From Octopus vulgaris (Eukaryota): a stretch of 64,000 nucleotides of DNA. This document shows positions 13,794 through 27,305 of this stretch, piece after piece. The stretch lies in contig OX597815.1 in NCBI GenBank assembly GCA_951406725.2, positions 94,612,001-94,676,000 of the forward strand, read 5' to 3'. The translations under genes and the position numbers were made by a program. Each line of letters begins with the position of its first letter. The first letter of the stretch is position 1. A model generated the notes under the pieces. That model was not told where the DNA came from and ran no database searches. It saw only the letters and a list, made by a program, of their open reading frames with translations.

Positions 13794-14950
13794 AAATACA
13801 CATTTCTATATAGTGTGATGTGTATATGTGTTTATGTCTGTACATGAATGTGTATGTGTGAATGTGAGCATGGTGTGTGTATGGCTATATTTTATACAAA
13901 ATCATACAAATGTAATCATATAGTAATAGAAAAAATCACACGCAATATTTGAGAAGTTGCGATTAACCTTTTCTTTGTAAATACACACATACTCACACAT
14001 GTGTGTATATGTGCGTGTGCGAGCATGCGTGCGTGCGTGTGTGTGTACGTGCGAAGAAATGATTGTGTTGGATTGTTATCATGAATATATTATTTCTTTA
14101 TGTTATGTTTGAAAGATGAATGCCCCGTAAACCCACCCACATTTTCCGAATAAAATAATGAATGATGACAGTGCTGCATTGCATTGTGCACTTGGTACTA
14201 ATGGATCTATGTTTATGACGTAAGTGTTAAAATACTTGCGAATTTACAAAGACACACATATACACAGAAGCACGCAAACACTCACACACACACAGACACA
14301 CACATTTCTGTTTAGCTACCGCAGGCACGTTGTTCCTTTGTTTGGCTAACAGTGTATTGCAAATGCATAGTTTTAACTTTATATTGCATTATATAAGTCT
14401 TAGCAGTTCACATTACTCACATGCCTGCACACACACACACACGCACACACACACACACACACGCACACACACACACACACACACACGAACGCACACACAC
14501 ACACACACACACATGTTGACTCGATTGATGATTGGGAGAGAAATGTGTGACACGCACAGGAATAGTGATTAGGAAACTACGTTAATCTTCTAACAGAAGG
14601 ATGATTTGTCGGTGTTTAGATGGAGAAATACATACATATATGAATACTCTAAGAACGATCATGAATCTAACGGGAAAGATATAAATCAGTAGACAAATAT
14701 CTGAAGCTAGTGGCCCTTTCTCTTTTAAGTACATAATAGAAATGACCTTATTTAATGTACCCTACTAAATTATTGATGTTTTTTTCTCGACAGGTCTTTG
14801 ATTGAGAGCCGATAACCTACATGAATTAAAAACTACATACATACAGATATGGGTTTCGTAATGTACCCACACACATATGTATGTGTGCATGCATATGCAT
14901 GTATATACACACAGATACATATACGTTTATATATATGTAAATAAATATAC

Positions 14951-15016
<66 letters not shown>

Positions 15017-15272
15017 CTATACTCAAATTTATAATGAGCAATTTGTTTCATATATTTATGAGTATTTGTGTGCGTGTATGTATATAATAGTTGATTATAT
15101 TTTATCTCTTCAATGCTAATTTATCATTATTAATGTGACATTGGAGCAACTTCTATTTTCTAATATTTAAATAGTTCATGTCTTCCTGGCTCTTTTCGTT
15201 AGACAAGAAGCCGCATACGTACATACGTAGCATACTCTCACCATATACACATACATAAATCGCACATACATA

Positions 15273-15317
<45 letters not shown>

Positions 15318-18227
15318 GTCCATCCATCCATCCATATATACATACATACATACATTCATGCACATGCATATTCACACATACATACGTACATACATTATGT
15401 ATACATACAGAATTATTGAAAAAACACCCGTAAAATTATAAGAGAAAGAAAAAGAAACCATTTCGTTTTCATTAAAATGGAAATACAAAGAACAAAAAAA
15501 ACGAAAAATAGAAAAACCCAAAACAAATAAGATAAATTAAACACGTTTTTTTTCCACAAATGTCGAGTTAGCAGAATACAGCGTATTGAATCTAGTTAAT
15601 AACAAACTGCGCAAACCTAACCTAATATAAATAAATCTGTAAAACGAAATTACTCTTATTTCCTTTACCAAACCATTGAAAGTAAACAAGCGATAATTGC
15701 TTTGGTGAGCGATAACAAAGACGAATGAGATAAGATACCACATTAGGTTTCCAGGAATAGACTTCAACTACGATAGAAATATAATAGAAATAAAGCAAAA
15801 TGATAAATTGAGTCATTTCCAGCTGAAATTATAAAATTATAGTATTTTTGATATAGGTCTTAAAATGAATGATACATTTTGATAATCTTATTAAAACTAA
15901 CCATACAATTAGTAACCATAGGAAGAAATGAAATAATTTTCTGTTATATTTTGCTGTTTGTATTTTAGAGATGCAAATTGTTTCTTTAAATGTTGCCTTT
16001 AGATTAGAAGATCAATTTCGGTTCCAAACATATAGTATTCAATCATATGCTAATCGATGATTCCTGCTATTGAACATTGTCCTCATGTATATTAAAATGA
16101 TTAGAGCGATAGATCTCATTACACTTTTGAAAGATGTAATTTTGCTTTCATGTTTTGCTTATTTCCGCCTGTATTCTATCTTCCAAGATAATAATCAAGA
16201 GAACTCTCAGTACTGCTTGTTATGTATGTCGTTCCATAGATATAGGCTAATGAACAAAATTAATACGAATTTCAAGCAAGAAAGAAACTAATAGATGAAT
16301 GAACAGACGACAAAGAAACTCAATACCTCAAAGAAAAAATACACCATCATAAAATGTAATGTAGTCCCCGCCAATAAAGAAAAACAACTCTTTTATGTGA
16401 TTACTAAATCTAATTAAACATTACTTTCGTTATATAATATTTCTTATAAAATTTAATAATAACAAAGACATAAAATGATGAAAACTTTATTGAAGAATTT
16501 AGTGGACAACTCAGTCTGAAAGACTAAGCTGAAATTCTTAGTCGTAAATATAAACATCGACATTATAAGATAACCCATCTACAAAAGGTGGTAGGGTGGC
16601 AGAAATCGTTCTGTCCCGTTACAATCTTAGTTTAAATTACACCGGCGTAAAATATTCATTACATCATTCCGAGAGCGATAAGAAAGCATCAATCATATCA
16701 AATACCGGACTCAATGGAATCGACTATAATTTTTCTCTAAAAAGTGGTGTGGAATTGTGTCTGATAAAAATCAATATTAAATAGCATGAAATGTTGATAG
16801 ATCTGTAGAATCGGTAGCGCGTTTGAATTTGTGGTAATTAGTCATATTCCATTATCTTCTGACTTTAAATCATTCCTGAGCGCAAGCTGCATTACATCTA
16901 CGGGGTGAGTACCAGTAAAGTGCGAGGGGGGATTTAATCAGCTATACACTTCATCCACTAGTTCTGTTGCCTGTTGCTTATGTTAGAAACCATTCTTCAT
17001 TCTAATATGAAAATAAAATATTCAAAGCATATCTTCACTATCTCTGTCAATCATATTAACTTGTAATTCTTTTTTGAGATTAAATGACGTTGTTCTTGTT
17101 GTTTAGCCTCACGTCAGTTAAAATCAAATCGAGTAGACCAATGATTGTAGTCGGTGCAGTCGCAACTATTCCTATATTTTTCGTGATAGATAGCGTAGCT
17201 ATAACTACATTATAGAATGTATTCTTCCATTTGCTAAATCTCGGTTAAATGAGAATCTAATGCCTTAACAAAGACACATTTGATAGCCTTCACTGATGCA
17301 CAATGCTTGCGAAAAAAATTAATCCGAGATCACAACATGAAAATACAGTTAATCATTGGTATGCTTGATCGGGACTGATATAGGTATGAAACAACTGCAG
17401 CAAGAACAAGACAACGAATAAGATACGTTTAAATATGTATATGCTTGTAACGAGTTACTATGAATGCTTTTATAATTTTTCGGACTATTAATCGTATCTT
17501 TCGAGAAGATAAGATTGTTTTAATATTAGCATTTACACAAACTCCAAACGTTGTTTATATCGTTACTCAAGAAAAAACAGTTACGAGTAACATCTAATTA
17601 AAAGTTAATTTTTTGGCTAAAAAGGTAACTTGTCGCATTTTCACTTACGACTATTAATTTCAAGATTTATTCATAACTGACACATGCTATAGTTAACGAT
17701 GTTACATCAAACTTATAGGTATAAGTGAACTTCAGGACGTCATGTTTTCTTTCAGAAGAAAAAATCAGAGTGAATGCTCAAATAAGGGAATAACTTATGT
17801 AAAACGATAATCAAAAGAAAACATTACGAAACAAGTCGTGAGACATGCGTCCCTGATTTGATTAATTGATGCTAAACCTAAAATCACTCTTGTTTGTGAG
17901 ATCTATGATAAAATAGTTCTATGATGTCAGTTTTCATTTCAAGAATAGTGTAGTTAGGAGTACATTATCCATTGTTGTAAATTGCCGTTTTGACCGTAGA
18001 GTGCGATTTAGGGAGATTCTTGCGCTAGAGTGAACAAGTAGTAGAAAGAAATACGAATAACAGAAGTACATACATTTATGCACACATTTACATACGTAGA
18101 CGCACACACACACACACACACGCGCGCGCACAAACACACAGACATATGCATATATATATATAAAAATTAACAGAATGAGATAAAAATCCAAGGCTGTGAA
18201 AGATTTCAGAACATTTATAAATAGAAG

Positions 18228-18275
18228 GTCTTACAGCTGTTTCCGGGATATTTTATATATCCCTTCATCGGAGAC
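18228..18275 (-). ncRNA. Minimal type I hammerhead ribozyme motif
   Basis: gtct-CCGATGA-a-gggatat[ataaa]atatccc-g-GAAAC-agct-GTA-agac; U4->C change in the core. Confidence 0.75.
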
Positions 18276-18510
18276 GTTGTGAGAAGATGGTTAAGCAAGA
18301 GTTATTTTAGATAAGATATGAAATAGAGAGTGAAGTGGAGGAACAAAAATAGACGTGAGATATGCAGGGATATTGTATCTTCAGTTTCATTATTTAGGGA
18401 CAGTGGTATACATGTAAGATTCCTGTACTTTGTGATTAAGTTCCAATATGTATATATATTATATATGTGTACATATATGTTTATGTATGTATGTATGTGA
18501 AAGTATAGAA

Positions 18511-18624
18511 GGGCTTGGGTCAAAGCAAAGGCTCAGATGGAATGGCCATCTGGTCAGGATGAAGGATTCAAGGATGCCAAAACAACTCTTTTATGGAGAG
18601 TTAACTAAAGGAGAACGACCCCTC

Positions 18625-18625
<1 letters not shown>
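18511..18625 (+). mobile_element. RTE/BovB-type LINE C-terminal fragment
   Basis: RLRWNGHLVRMKDSRMPKQLFYGELTKGERP. Confidence 0.8.
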
Positions 18626-18684
<59 letters not shown>

Positions 18685-18685
<1 letters not shown>

Positions 18686-19008
18686 GTAATATAATATGTG
18701 ACAATTATTCGGTTGCCATTATAAATCTCCGAGTTTCGGATGTCGGGGTGGAAAATTGCTCCAGCATCTGGTTAGTTATCAAGGCAATAAAAAATGCTAT
18801 GAAAATGACCGTTAAACAAAGGGAAATTACTACGTAGTTGACCGTTATTAAGACAAAAGAGCTACTAGAATGACCGTTAAACAAGGAGAAAAAATCGAAG
18901 GGGTTATAGTAGCTCTTTTGTCTTAATAACATAGTAATTTTCCTTCAGAAACGGTCACTTTCATAGCATTTTTGATTGCCTTGATAACGAACGAGTGACC
19001 GAGTGACA
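18685..19008. mobile_element. Unclassified ~320-bp element with an internal ~85-bp inverted repeat
   Basis: Arms 18775-18867 and 18907-18988; begins TGT and ends ACA between (TA)n and (CA)n tracts. Confidence 0.55.
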
Positions 19009-19011
19009 CAC

Positions 19012-19063
<52 letters not shown>

Positions 19064-19104
19064 GAGTAACACACACACACACGAGTGACACACACACACA
19101 GTTC

Positions 19105-19230
19105 GAATTTATAGAAAACAAAAGACGAAGCCAGGTGAGGGAACAACAAGCAGGTGTATTAGTGTTACGCTCAGGAAGAATGGAAAAGTTTATGACGTTT
19201 CGAGCCTATGGTCTTAGAGAGAAAGGATTG
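19105..19230 (-). repeat. Short PLE-terminus-like repeat with decayed hammerhead; relative of 28060-28262
   Basis: Shared GTATTA..GACGCTCAGGAA and ACGTTTCGAGC motifs. Confidence 0.5.
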
Positions 19231-19815
19231 TGGTATATGTGCAATAATATATGCATGTATGCAAGTGTATCAATATGTGTGTATGTTAGTGTGAACATGT
19301 ATGGACATATGCATCTATTTGTATGTGTGTATATATAAGGATGTTATTATGAATATATATACGTGTATGTATGTGTATGTATATATGTATGTGTATGTGT
19401 GTGACATATTTAATAAAAAATAAGGTATCAATTGTTCATATATAAAAGATAAGGTAAATATTTTACTAAGATAAAGAATCTTTAGAATTGATTATGTGTT
19501 ATTTTTTAGATAAAATTTCCGTTATATTATGTTGTAACTTTAGCTGCTTGGAATAGAAGAATGAGAACACCGAAATGACATTGTTGTTCTATTTCGATTT
19601 CTATTCGTTCTATGAAATTAATTTTTTCTTGCCATTATACATAATATATTCTTGTTTTATTTTTAATATGTTTTAACGTTCATAATAGTAATAACGATTT
19701 TAATGATTTAGTTTATAACTATTTTTAAATGATGTAACTAAGAATTTCGCTAATGACGATTATTGAATTGACTAATGATAATAGATTTACTCTTAGTAAT
19801 TAAGCAGAAACATAT

Positions 19816-20648
19816 ATCGGAAAATTAGGTTGGACAAAATAATGGAAACACCTAGCATCATAGCATCATAATTTTAAAATATCTATAAAACCATCAAAAG
19901 CTTGTTTGCTTTTATGCTTTTTTGATTTATTATTAGCGTTGCTTAATATGTTTTGCTAAAAGTTCTGTTTCTTTTCAGATATCATCAGAAAAAGGTAATT
20001 AAAATTCATTAAAATGAGAGATCTATCGGACTTTCAAAGAAGTCAAATTGCTTTCAAAAAGGTCAAATGGCAGGCGCTAGCGTAACGAAAACAGCCGTTT
20101 GGTGTATCAAGAAGTACTGTCTCGAAAGTAATGACAGCCTTTGAGAAAGAGGGGAAAAACATCTTCGTCGAAACAAAACTCCGGAAGAAAACCAAAATTT
20201 TCTGATAGGGACCGTCGGACTCTTACGCGAATTGTTAGAAAGTATCACAAAAGTACAGATCCCCAAATTACTGCAGAGCTTAATGACCATCTCGAGAACC
20301 CAGTATCCCCAAAAGCTCTTCGCCGGGAGCTGCACAAACCCGGATTTCACGGGAGGGCTGCAATCAGAAAACCACTACTTTCAAAAACAAACGTTGCAAA
20401 GCGTTTAGAGTTGAGTAAAAACCTACAGAATTGGTCCCTAGAGCAGTGGAAGAATGTTATTTTCTCGGACGAGTCATCCTTTATCTTATTTCCGACTAGC
20501 GGCCGAGTATATGTGTGGAGACAGACAAAAGAAGCATTTGTCCCAGACTGTCTTCTTCCAACTGTTAAACATAGAAGAGGATCTGTGATGATCTGGGGAT
20601 GGGGATGGGGGGTTATATCTTGGAAATCTGCCGGTGCAATGGTTTCCC
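19816..20648 (+). mobile_element. Tc1-like transposon 5' portion, truncated by a PLE
   Basis: TIR-like GGTTGGACAAAATAATGGAAACACC; ATG at 20014 MRDLSDFQRSQI; SGRKPK, RKPLL, WKNVIFSDES, PTVKH, SVMIWG. Confidence 0.9.
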
Positions 20649-20784
20649 TAATTTAATTCCTCTTAATTCTACCTCAGTTCATCTAATTGTATGGTGTCTA
20701 TACAACAAACAGATGTAATAGTTTAACGCTCGGGAAGTGAGATACATGTATATTAATTAGATGAAGTTAAATACATGTCCGGTC

Positions 20785-20850
20785 TTAGAATGACCAATGG
20801 TTTCGCAGCCATAAAGCGCTGAGCTTTAGAGACGACTCGTCAAATTCTAA
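20785..20850 (-). ncRNA. Hammerhead motif in the left pseudo-LTR
   Basis: ttagaat-TTGACGA-g..taaagc[tcagc]gcttta..c-GAAAC-cattg-GTC-attctaa. Confidence 0.7.
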
Positions 20851-21721
20851 TGGCTGAGGGCATGTAATCTCTCTTCTAACTGAAGGTAGAAAAACCCTTA
20901 AGGTCAGTTAATTTGTAAACAAAATAATGATATACAGTTTGAGCCTTAAACGGGACGAGTTATCTCTCTTAGTTCGGACCTAAAGGGCGTACAAAGAATC
21001 TCTGTCCTTAGGCTAGTTCCGGTCTGCAAGTACGAACGGAGAATTCCACGCCTGCAGCGGGTTGTGTTAGTAGGGGCAGGGATAATGCATCACGTGCCTT
21101 GAGTTGAAGAGAGATCACGGTCCAGCAAGTCTTTAAGGATCCTTGCCTGCTCTGCTATACAAGCTTGCATCGTCTGCTCCCATTTATATAGAACCTTGTC
21201 TGCTCTATGATCCTCCATTTAATTTCGTATGGAGTTCCTACATCCTTAAGGCGGCACACGTAGCAGGCCAGAAGCGTGACTTAACGTCTTTCCAGAACCC
21301 TAAATGAGGAACTGTGGTTGTACAGGCGCCGCTTAAAGGCAGTTCTGCCCGACCAGATATCACTCCGAACTTGAGCGCTGGTTGTGTTCACGCTTCTTGT
21401 GTATCTTTTGTTGGGTTGGGGCATGGAGTTGTTGCGCTGCTGTTGTTGGAGCTGTCATCAGTGCTGTTATTACAGCGCATGGGTCTGGCGTAGTGTTGTT
21501 GCTGCTATGCCGATGCTGGTGCTGGCGTGGTCGTCATTTTCAGCCGTATCGCTGATACCGGTGCCGCAGTCGTTGCTGGTGGTTCTGCCGCTGCTGCCTC
21601 CTCCATCAAACTTGCCCCGTTTAGAGCTCAAGCAGTGTATATTGTTGTTTCGTTTACAAATTAACTGACTGTAACGGTTTTCTAGCTCCAGTTTGAAGGG
21701 AGATTATATATCCTCACGAAT

Positions 21722-21785
21722 TAAAGTCCGATGAGTCGTCTATAAAGTTTAGCGCTTCATGGAAGCGAAACCATTGATCACTTTA
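21722..21785 (+). ncRNA. Hammerhead motif in the right (inverted) pseudo-LTR
   Basis: taaagt-CCGATGA-g...c-GAAAC-cattg-ATC-acttta. Confidence 0.7.
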
Positions 21786-21869
21786 CGACCAGACATATTT
21801 AATTCCTTGTAAATACATTACTGCTCTAACTTTTAGAGTGTGTTTTTTTCAGATATTTGATCCACCGAC

Positions 21870-21870
<1 letters not shown>

Positions 21871-21906
<36 letters not shown>

Positions 21907-21915
21907 ACAGACACA

Positions 21916-21994
<79 letters not shown>

Positions 21995-22262
21995 TTCTCC
22001 GTATAGAGATGGGAATAAAAGCGATAAAAAGTATATCTGCAGTAATCGATAGCTGATTTGATAACAGGTTGATAAACTACAATGCATTATTATATTCCAG
22101 TAAATCCAAGTGGGGACATACATACACACATACATACATACATTCATACATACATACATACATACATACAAACATACATATATACATACATAAATGCATA
22201 CATACATACATACATACATACATACATACATACATACATACATACATACATACATACATACA

Positions 22263-22290
<28 letters not shown>
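21871..22290. repeat. (CA)n and (TACA)n microsatellites
   Basis: Directly visible. Confidence 0.9.
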
Positions 22291-22293
<3 letters not shown>

Positions 22294-22519
22294 GTATACG
22301 CACGCACACATACACATATATGTATGTATAAATGATCGGCTAAAGAGATTGTTAAGAGTAATATATTTAGAGTGAAAACAGAAAAGCATAATTGTGATAC
22401 ATAATTAATCTGATACATAATTAATCTAAATTAATTAATTTCTAAAGCTGTGTTTACCCAAATCACAAGGAAACTGGTACGTGCAAAAATACGCACATAC
22501 ATATAAATACATTTATATA

Positions 22520-24153
22520 TCATCATCATCCTCATCATCATCATCATCATCATTTAATGTCTGTTGTCCATGCTAGTATGGATTGGACGGTTTGGTCAGG
22601 GCTGGCAAACTGGAAGGCTGCACCAGATTCCAGTCTGATTTGGTATGGTTTCTACTGCTGGATGCCCTTGCTAACGCCAGCACCCGAGAGTGTAATGGGT
22701 GATTTTATGTGCCACAGACACAGGTACCATTTGTATGACACTGGTGTCTGCCACGACTGCGATTTTGCTTGGCTTGATGGGTCTTCTTCTCAAGCTCAGC
22801 ATAATGCCAGAGGTCTCAGTCATTCCCTCCGTGCGGCCCAACACTCGAAAGGAACTCAGCTACTTTGTCTCTGTAAGGCCCAACGCTGGAAAGACGCCAC
22901 CGGTACGGGTGCCAGTTACATGATACCTCATCAGCTATGACTACGATTTCACTTGGCTTGGCGGGTCTTCTCAAGCATATATCGTCAAAGGTTTCGGTCA
23001 CTAGTCATTTTCTATGTGAGGTTTAAAATTCGAAGATCATGCTTCACCACTTCATCCCATGTCTTCCTGGGTCTACCTCTAACACCAGTTCCCTCCATAG
23101 ATCGGCACTTCTTTACACATGTCTTTATACATGCTTACACTTTGTCGAACATGCATACTTACATTGCTCATCCGGCGAAGTATACTGGCTTCATTTCTTT
23201 CATGCCTACGCATGTCCTTGGCTGTCACAGCTTGTGTTTCACTGCCATGTAGCATGGCTGTACGCACACAGGCATCATACAATCTGCCTTTCACTCTGAG
23301 AGATAGGCCGTTTGTTGCCAGCAAAGGTAGGAGCTCTCTGAAATTTGCCCAGGCTAATATTATTCTCACAGCTACACTCTCGGACATCCACCTCCGCTAC
23401 TAACTTGGTCAGCTAGATAACGGAAGTTATCTACTACCTCTAAATTGCCTCCCTGGCAGTTGATGAAGTCTATTTTCTACACATTTTCAACGTTATTTTG
23501 CCTGTACATCTTCCACATGCAGAAGCTATTTTCCCTGTTAGCCATCCACTGATATTGCTGCACATTTTATGGGTCCAAAGCTTACACCGGATGCATTTAT
23601 AGAGTTTCTACCTACGTATTTTCTACATATCGTGTAGGGCCATCTACCTGAAAGGATTTGTGATTTATCTGTCTGGAACTTCTTCTCTAGTTCTGATTGT
23701 CATTCAGTTATAAGAGCAAAGTCGTCAGCATAGAGGGGCTCCCAGGGGCAGCCTGTCTTGAATTCCTCTGTTATTGCCTGGAGGACTATGATGAACAAGA
23801 GGGTGCTGTGAACTGATCCTTGATGAATCCCTACGTCGACCCTGAATTATTCGCCGTACTCATTGCCCACCCTCGCCTTACTGGTAGTGTCTCTGTACAA
23901 GGCTTATACACCTCTCACCAACCACTCGTCTATTCCTAGTTCCGCATTGACCACCAGATAAGGGAACGAGGTGCCCTGTCAAATGCTTTCTCCAATTCAG
24001 CAAAAGCCAAGTACAGAGATGTATCTTTGGCTAGGTATATTTCCTGCAGTTGCCTTACCAGAAATATAGCACCAGTGGTGCTTCTACCTGGTACGAAACC
24101 AAACTACATCTCATCTAGACAAACTCTTTCCCTAATTAGTTGAGCTAACTGGG

Positions 24154-24155
<2 letters not shown>
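22520..24155 (-). mobile_element. 5'-truncated RTE-clade LINE with (GAT)n tail
   Basis: Minus strand GIHQGS, LFIIVLQAITEEFKTGCPWEPLYADD, LRVKGRLYDACVRTAMLHGSET; 3' UTR with a repeated ~45-bp unit; tail at 22520-22552. Confidence 0.9.
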
Positions 24156-24214
<59 letters not shown>

Positions 24215-24571
24215 ATATGTATGTATGAATGTATGTATGTATTTATGTATGTATATATATGTATGAATGTATATATGTATATCTATATATATACATATGT
24301 GCGTGTGCGTGCGTGTGTGTGTATATGTGTATGTGTATCTATGTATATCGTTACACTCACCCATAAACACAAATACATATAAGAAGATTCAAGACATTAA
24401 ATATCATAATATATAGGACAGGGTTAGTTAACAGTTTCAATTAATTAAACCTGTATAACAACTATGTAATTATACATTTAATGATATCTTAATGAAAGTA
24501 TTTTGAATGCAATTACAGTATCAGATATCGGTGAAATTTATGCTTCTCGATTTTATAGGATACATACAGAG

Positions 24572-24624
<53 letters not shown>

Positions 24625-24778
24625 TATATATATATAAATATATATATATATAAATATATATATATATGCATATATATATATATATAAATATATATACATA
24701 TATATATATGTATATGTGTGTGTATATATATATATATATATACATATATACATACATACATACATACATATATATATA

Positions 24779-24840
<62 letters not shown>

Positions 24841-25129
24841 CATATATATATATACACATAAAGATACTATTATCATAAATATTAATATAAGCGGCTAGAT
24901 AGCATTAAAGCTAAAATGGTACATTCATAAATTCATAATTAATTATTAATTCTAATTGAGGGTGCACGAAGCACCAGTATTGCTAGAAATAAGAGTCGAA
25001 AAATACTGAAAATTCAACAGGCTGACGAGAATCGAGGAACGAGTAAAAATTTAACTTACCATTGCGGCTGAAACTCGCAAATATACAGATATACTTGTAT
25101 CACGTGATTCGAACATTTTTGTTATTATT

Positions 25130-25206
<77 letters not shown>

Positions 25207-25293
25207 TAATAATGATGATGATGATGATGATGATGTACATTATTTACATTGTTTACATTTGACGCATATTTATCCTCATCTTGTTTGTTGTTA

Positions 25294-25337
25294 ACACAAC
25301 GTTTCTGCTGATATACCCTCCAGCCTTCATCAGGTGT
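25294..25337 (-). ncRNA. Minimal hammerhead motif in a ~150-bp repeat (25234-25386)
   Basis: acac-CTGATGA-ag-gctg[gagggtatat]cagc-a-GAAAC-GTT-gtgt. Confidence 0.75.
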
Positions 25338-25419
25338 CTTGGGGAAATTTCGAACCTGGGTTCTCAACCCTAAGGTATTTTTCGATGTTGTTGTTGTTGC
25401 TGCTGTTATTGTTATTATT

Positions 25420-25967
25420 GAATGACTGAGCAGTGCATGCCATCGAAGTGAAACTGGGGTAAAATATACAAAGCCCAGTATACCCATCCTGACTACCCAT
25501 CTGATAAGGGTACACTAGGAACATGCATCCCAACCATATATATGCGATATGGGGATCTTATATCAAGATAAACAGCACATGACCTTGCAGGTGGGGCCCA
25601 GTTAGAATTTGCAGGTGGGGCCCATCCCGCTCAAAATGTCCCTGAATAAGGGATGTTTAAGGATGTTGAACGAAACACCCATGTTTCCAGAGGTGAATTA
25701 TTCAAACCCCAAAGAATCCCTTTCAACACATGATTATGATGCTCCCCCACTCCTTCTGCTTGGGATCAGAGATGCACATATCGTCAGCTAGTAAGGGGCA
25801 TACTCAACTGGTTATGATCAAACAACTGACAAGCAAATCTGTGGTATTGAGCAGAATATTTGCTGTAGCCCATCTTTTATATCAAGACAAAACAATGTAC
25901 ATGATAACACGTCCAATCAGTTAAGATCAGTGGCCACGAGAGCCACTGCCTGGTACTGCATCAGGGC

Positions 25968-25970
<3 letters not shown>
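25420..25970. mobile_element. ~550-bp non-coding element embedded in (TTA)n tracts
   Basis: Sharp boundaries with TTA repeats on both sides, higher GC than flanks, internal duplication TGCAGGTGGGGCCCA. Confidence 0.55.
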
Positions 25971-26058
<88 letters not shown>

Positions 26059-26140
26059 GTTATTATTATTATAATTATTATTATTATAATTATTATTATT
26101 GTTATCATCATCATCATCGTCATTATTATTATTATTATTA

Positions 26141-26190
<50 letters not shown>

Positions 26191-26235
26191 GTTGTTGTTG
26201 TTGCTGTTGTTGTTGTTGTTGTTGTTGTTGTTCTT

Positions 26236-26266
<31 letters not shown>

Positions 26267-26283
26267 TTATTATTATTATTATT
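25971..26283. repeat. Compound trinucleotide microsatellite (TTA/ATC/GTT/CTT)
   Basis: Directly visible. Confidence 0.95.
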
Positions 26284-26352
26284 CAGGTCACTGCCTGGAA
26301 TCGAATTCGTTTAGTAGCCCGCGTTCTTAATCACTACGGCATATGTCCGTGC
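26283..26352 (-). mobile_element. Short tRNA-derived SINE head
   Basis: Minus strand GCCGTAGTGATTAAGAACGCGGGCT...TTCGATTCC resembles A/B boxes, followed by (AAT)n. Confidence 0.45.
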
Positions 26353-26831
26353 GTATATGGTATAATGGTTAAGTGATAATGACGAAAATAATAAATTATT
26401 TATTTATTTATTCACTTATTTATAGTTACACACTGGCAACCTTTGAATTTGGCGCTGGTCTTTCAATGATTTTGACAGGCGTGACGAAACGAGTATAAAT
26501 CTAACTTTTGGCAATAGCAGGACCCACTGATGATCACTAAGAGAAACACTAGGTTCGAAATCACATGATATAGGTATATCTGCGATCTTAATTTGTGACT
26601 TTCAGCCGCATTGGTAGGCAACATTTTTATTCGTTCCTCGATTTTCGTCAGCCTGTTGACTTTCAGTGAACTGGTGGTTTATTTGAGTATTTTTCGACTC
26701 TTATTTCTAGCAACGGGGGTACTTCGTGTATCCTCAATTATAATTGATAATTAGTTATAAATTTATATATATACAGTTATATGTATACCCATATATATAT
26801 ATTTATATACATACATACACACACGCATATA

Positions 26832-26972
26832 TAGACGCAGGAGTGGCTGCTTACCAACCACATGGTTCAGTCCCACTGCATGGCAACTTGGGTTAGTGTC
26901 TTCTACTATAGCTTCGGGCCGACCAAAGCCTTTTGAGTGGATTCGGTAGACGGAAATTGAAAGAAGCCCGTC

Positions 26973-27014
<42 letters not shown>

Positions 27015-27256
27015 GTGTATGTGTGTGTGAGTGTGTGTGTGCTTGTGTGTGTCTATGTTTGCCCCCCCCCCAACATCGCTTAACAACTGATGCTGGTGTG
27101 TTTACCTCCCCGTAACATAGCGGTTCGGCAGAAATAGAGTGATAGAATAAGTACTAGGCTTACAAAGAATAAGTCCTGGGGTCGATTTGCTCGACCAAAG
27201 GCGGTGCTCCAGCATGGCCGAAGTCAAATGACTGAAACAAGTAAAAGAGTAAAAGA

Positions 27257-27257
<1 letters not shown>
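26832..27257 (+). mobile_element. tRNA-derived SINE with internal microsatellite and CR1-LINE-like 3' end
   Basis: Head GCAGGAGTGGCTG..GGTTCAGTCCC, internal (TA)/(TG)n, 3' GGCGGTGCTCCAGCATGGCC..GACTGAAAC, tail (GTAAAAGA)2; other copies in window. Confidence 0.85.

Positions 27258-27305
<48 letters not shown>

Larger units (their letters stand above)
20649..21830 (-). mobile_element. PLE 3' fragment (GIY-YIG) between inverted pseudo-LTRs
   Basis: Minus strand AFKRRLYNHSSSF...LKDVGTPYEIKWRIIEQTRFYINGSRRCKL; ~20740-20960 is an inverted copy of ~21612-21830. Confidence 0.8.
24925..26765. mobile_element. Foldback/MITE-like element with ~155-175-bp terminal inverted repeats and nested insertions
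   Basis: 24925-25082 is the reverse complement of ~26590-26765 (TTGCTAGAAATAAGAGTCGAAAAATACT...CAACAGGCTGACGA...TGCGGCTGAAA). Confidence 0.75.

Noticed and set aside
26521-26558. CTGATGA..GAAAC as a hammerhead
   Set aside because: Only a 2-bp stem II and no correctly placed NUH or stem I
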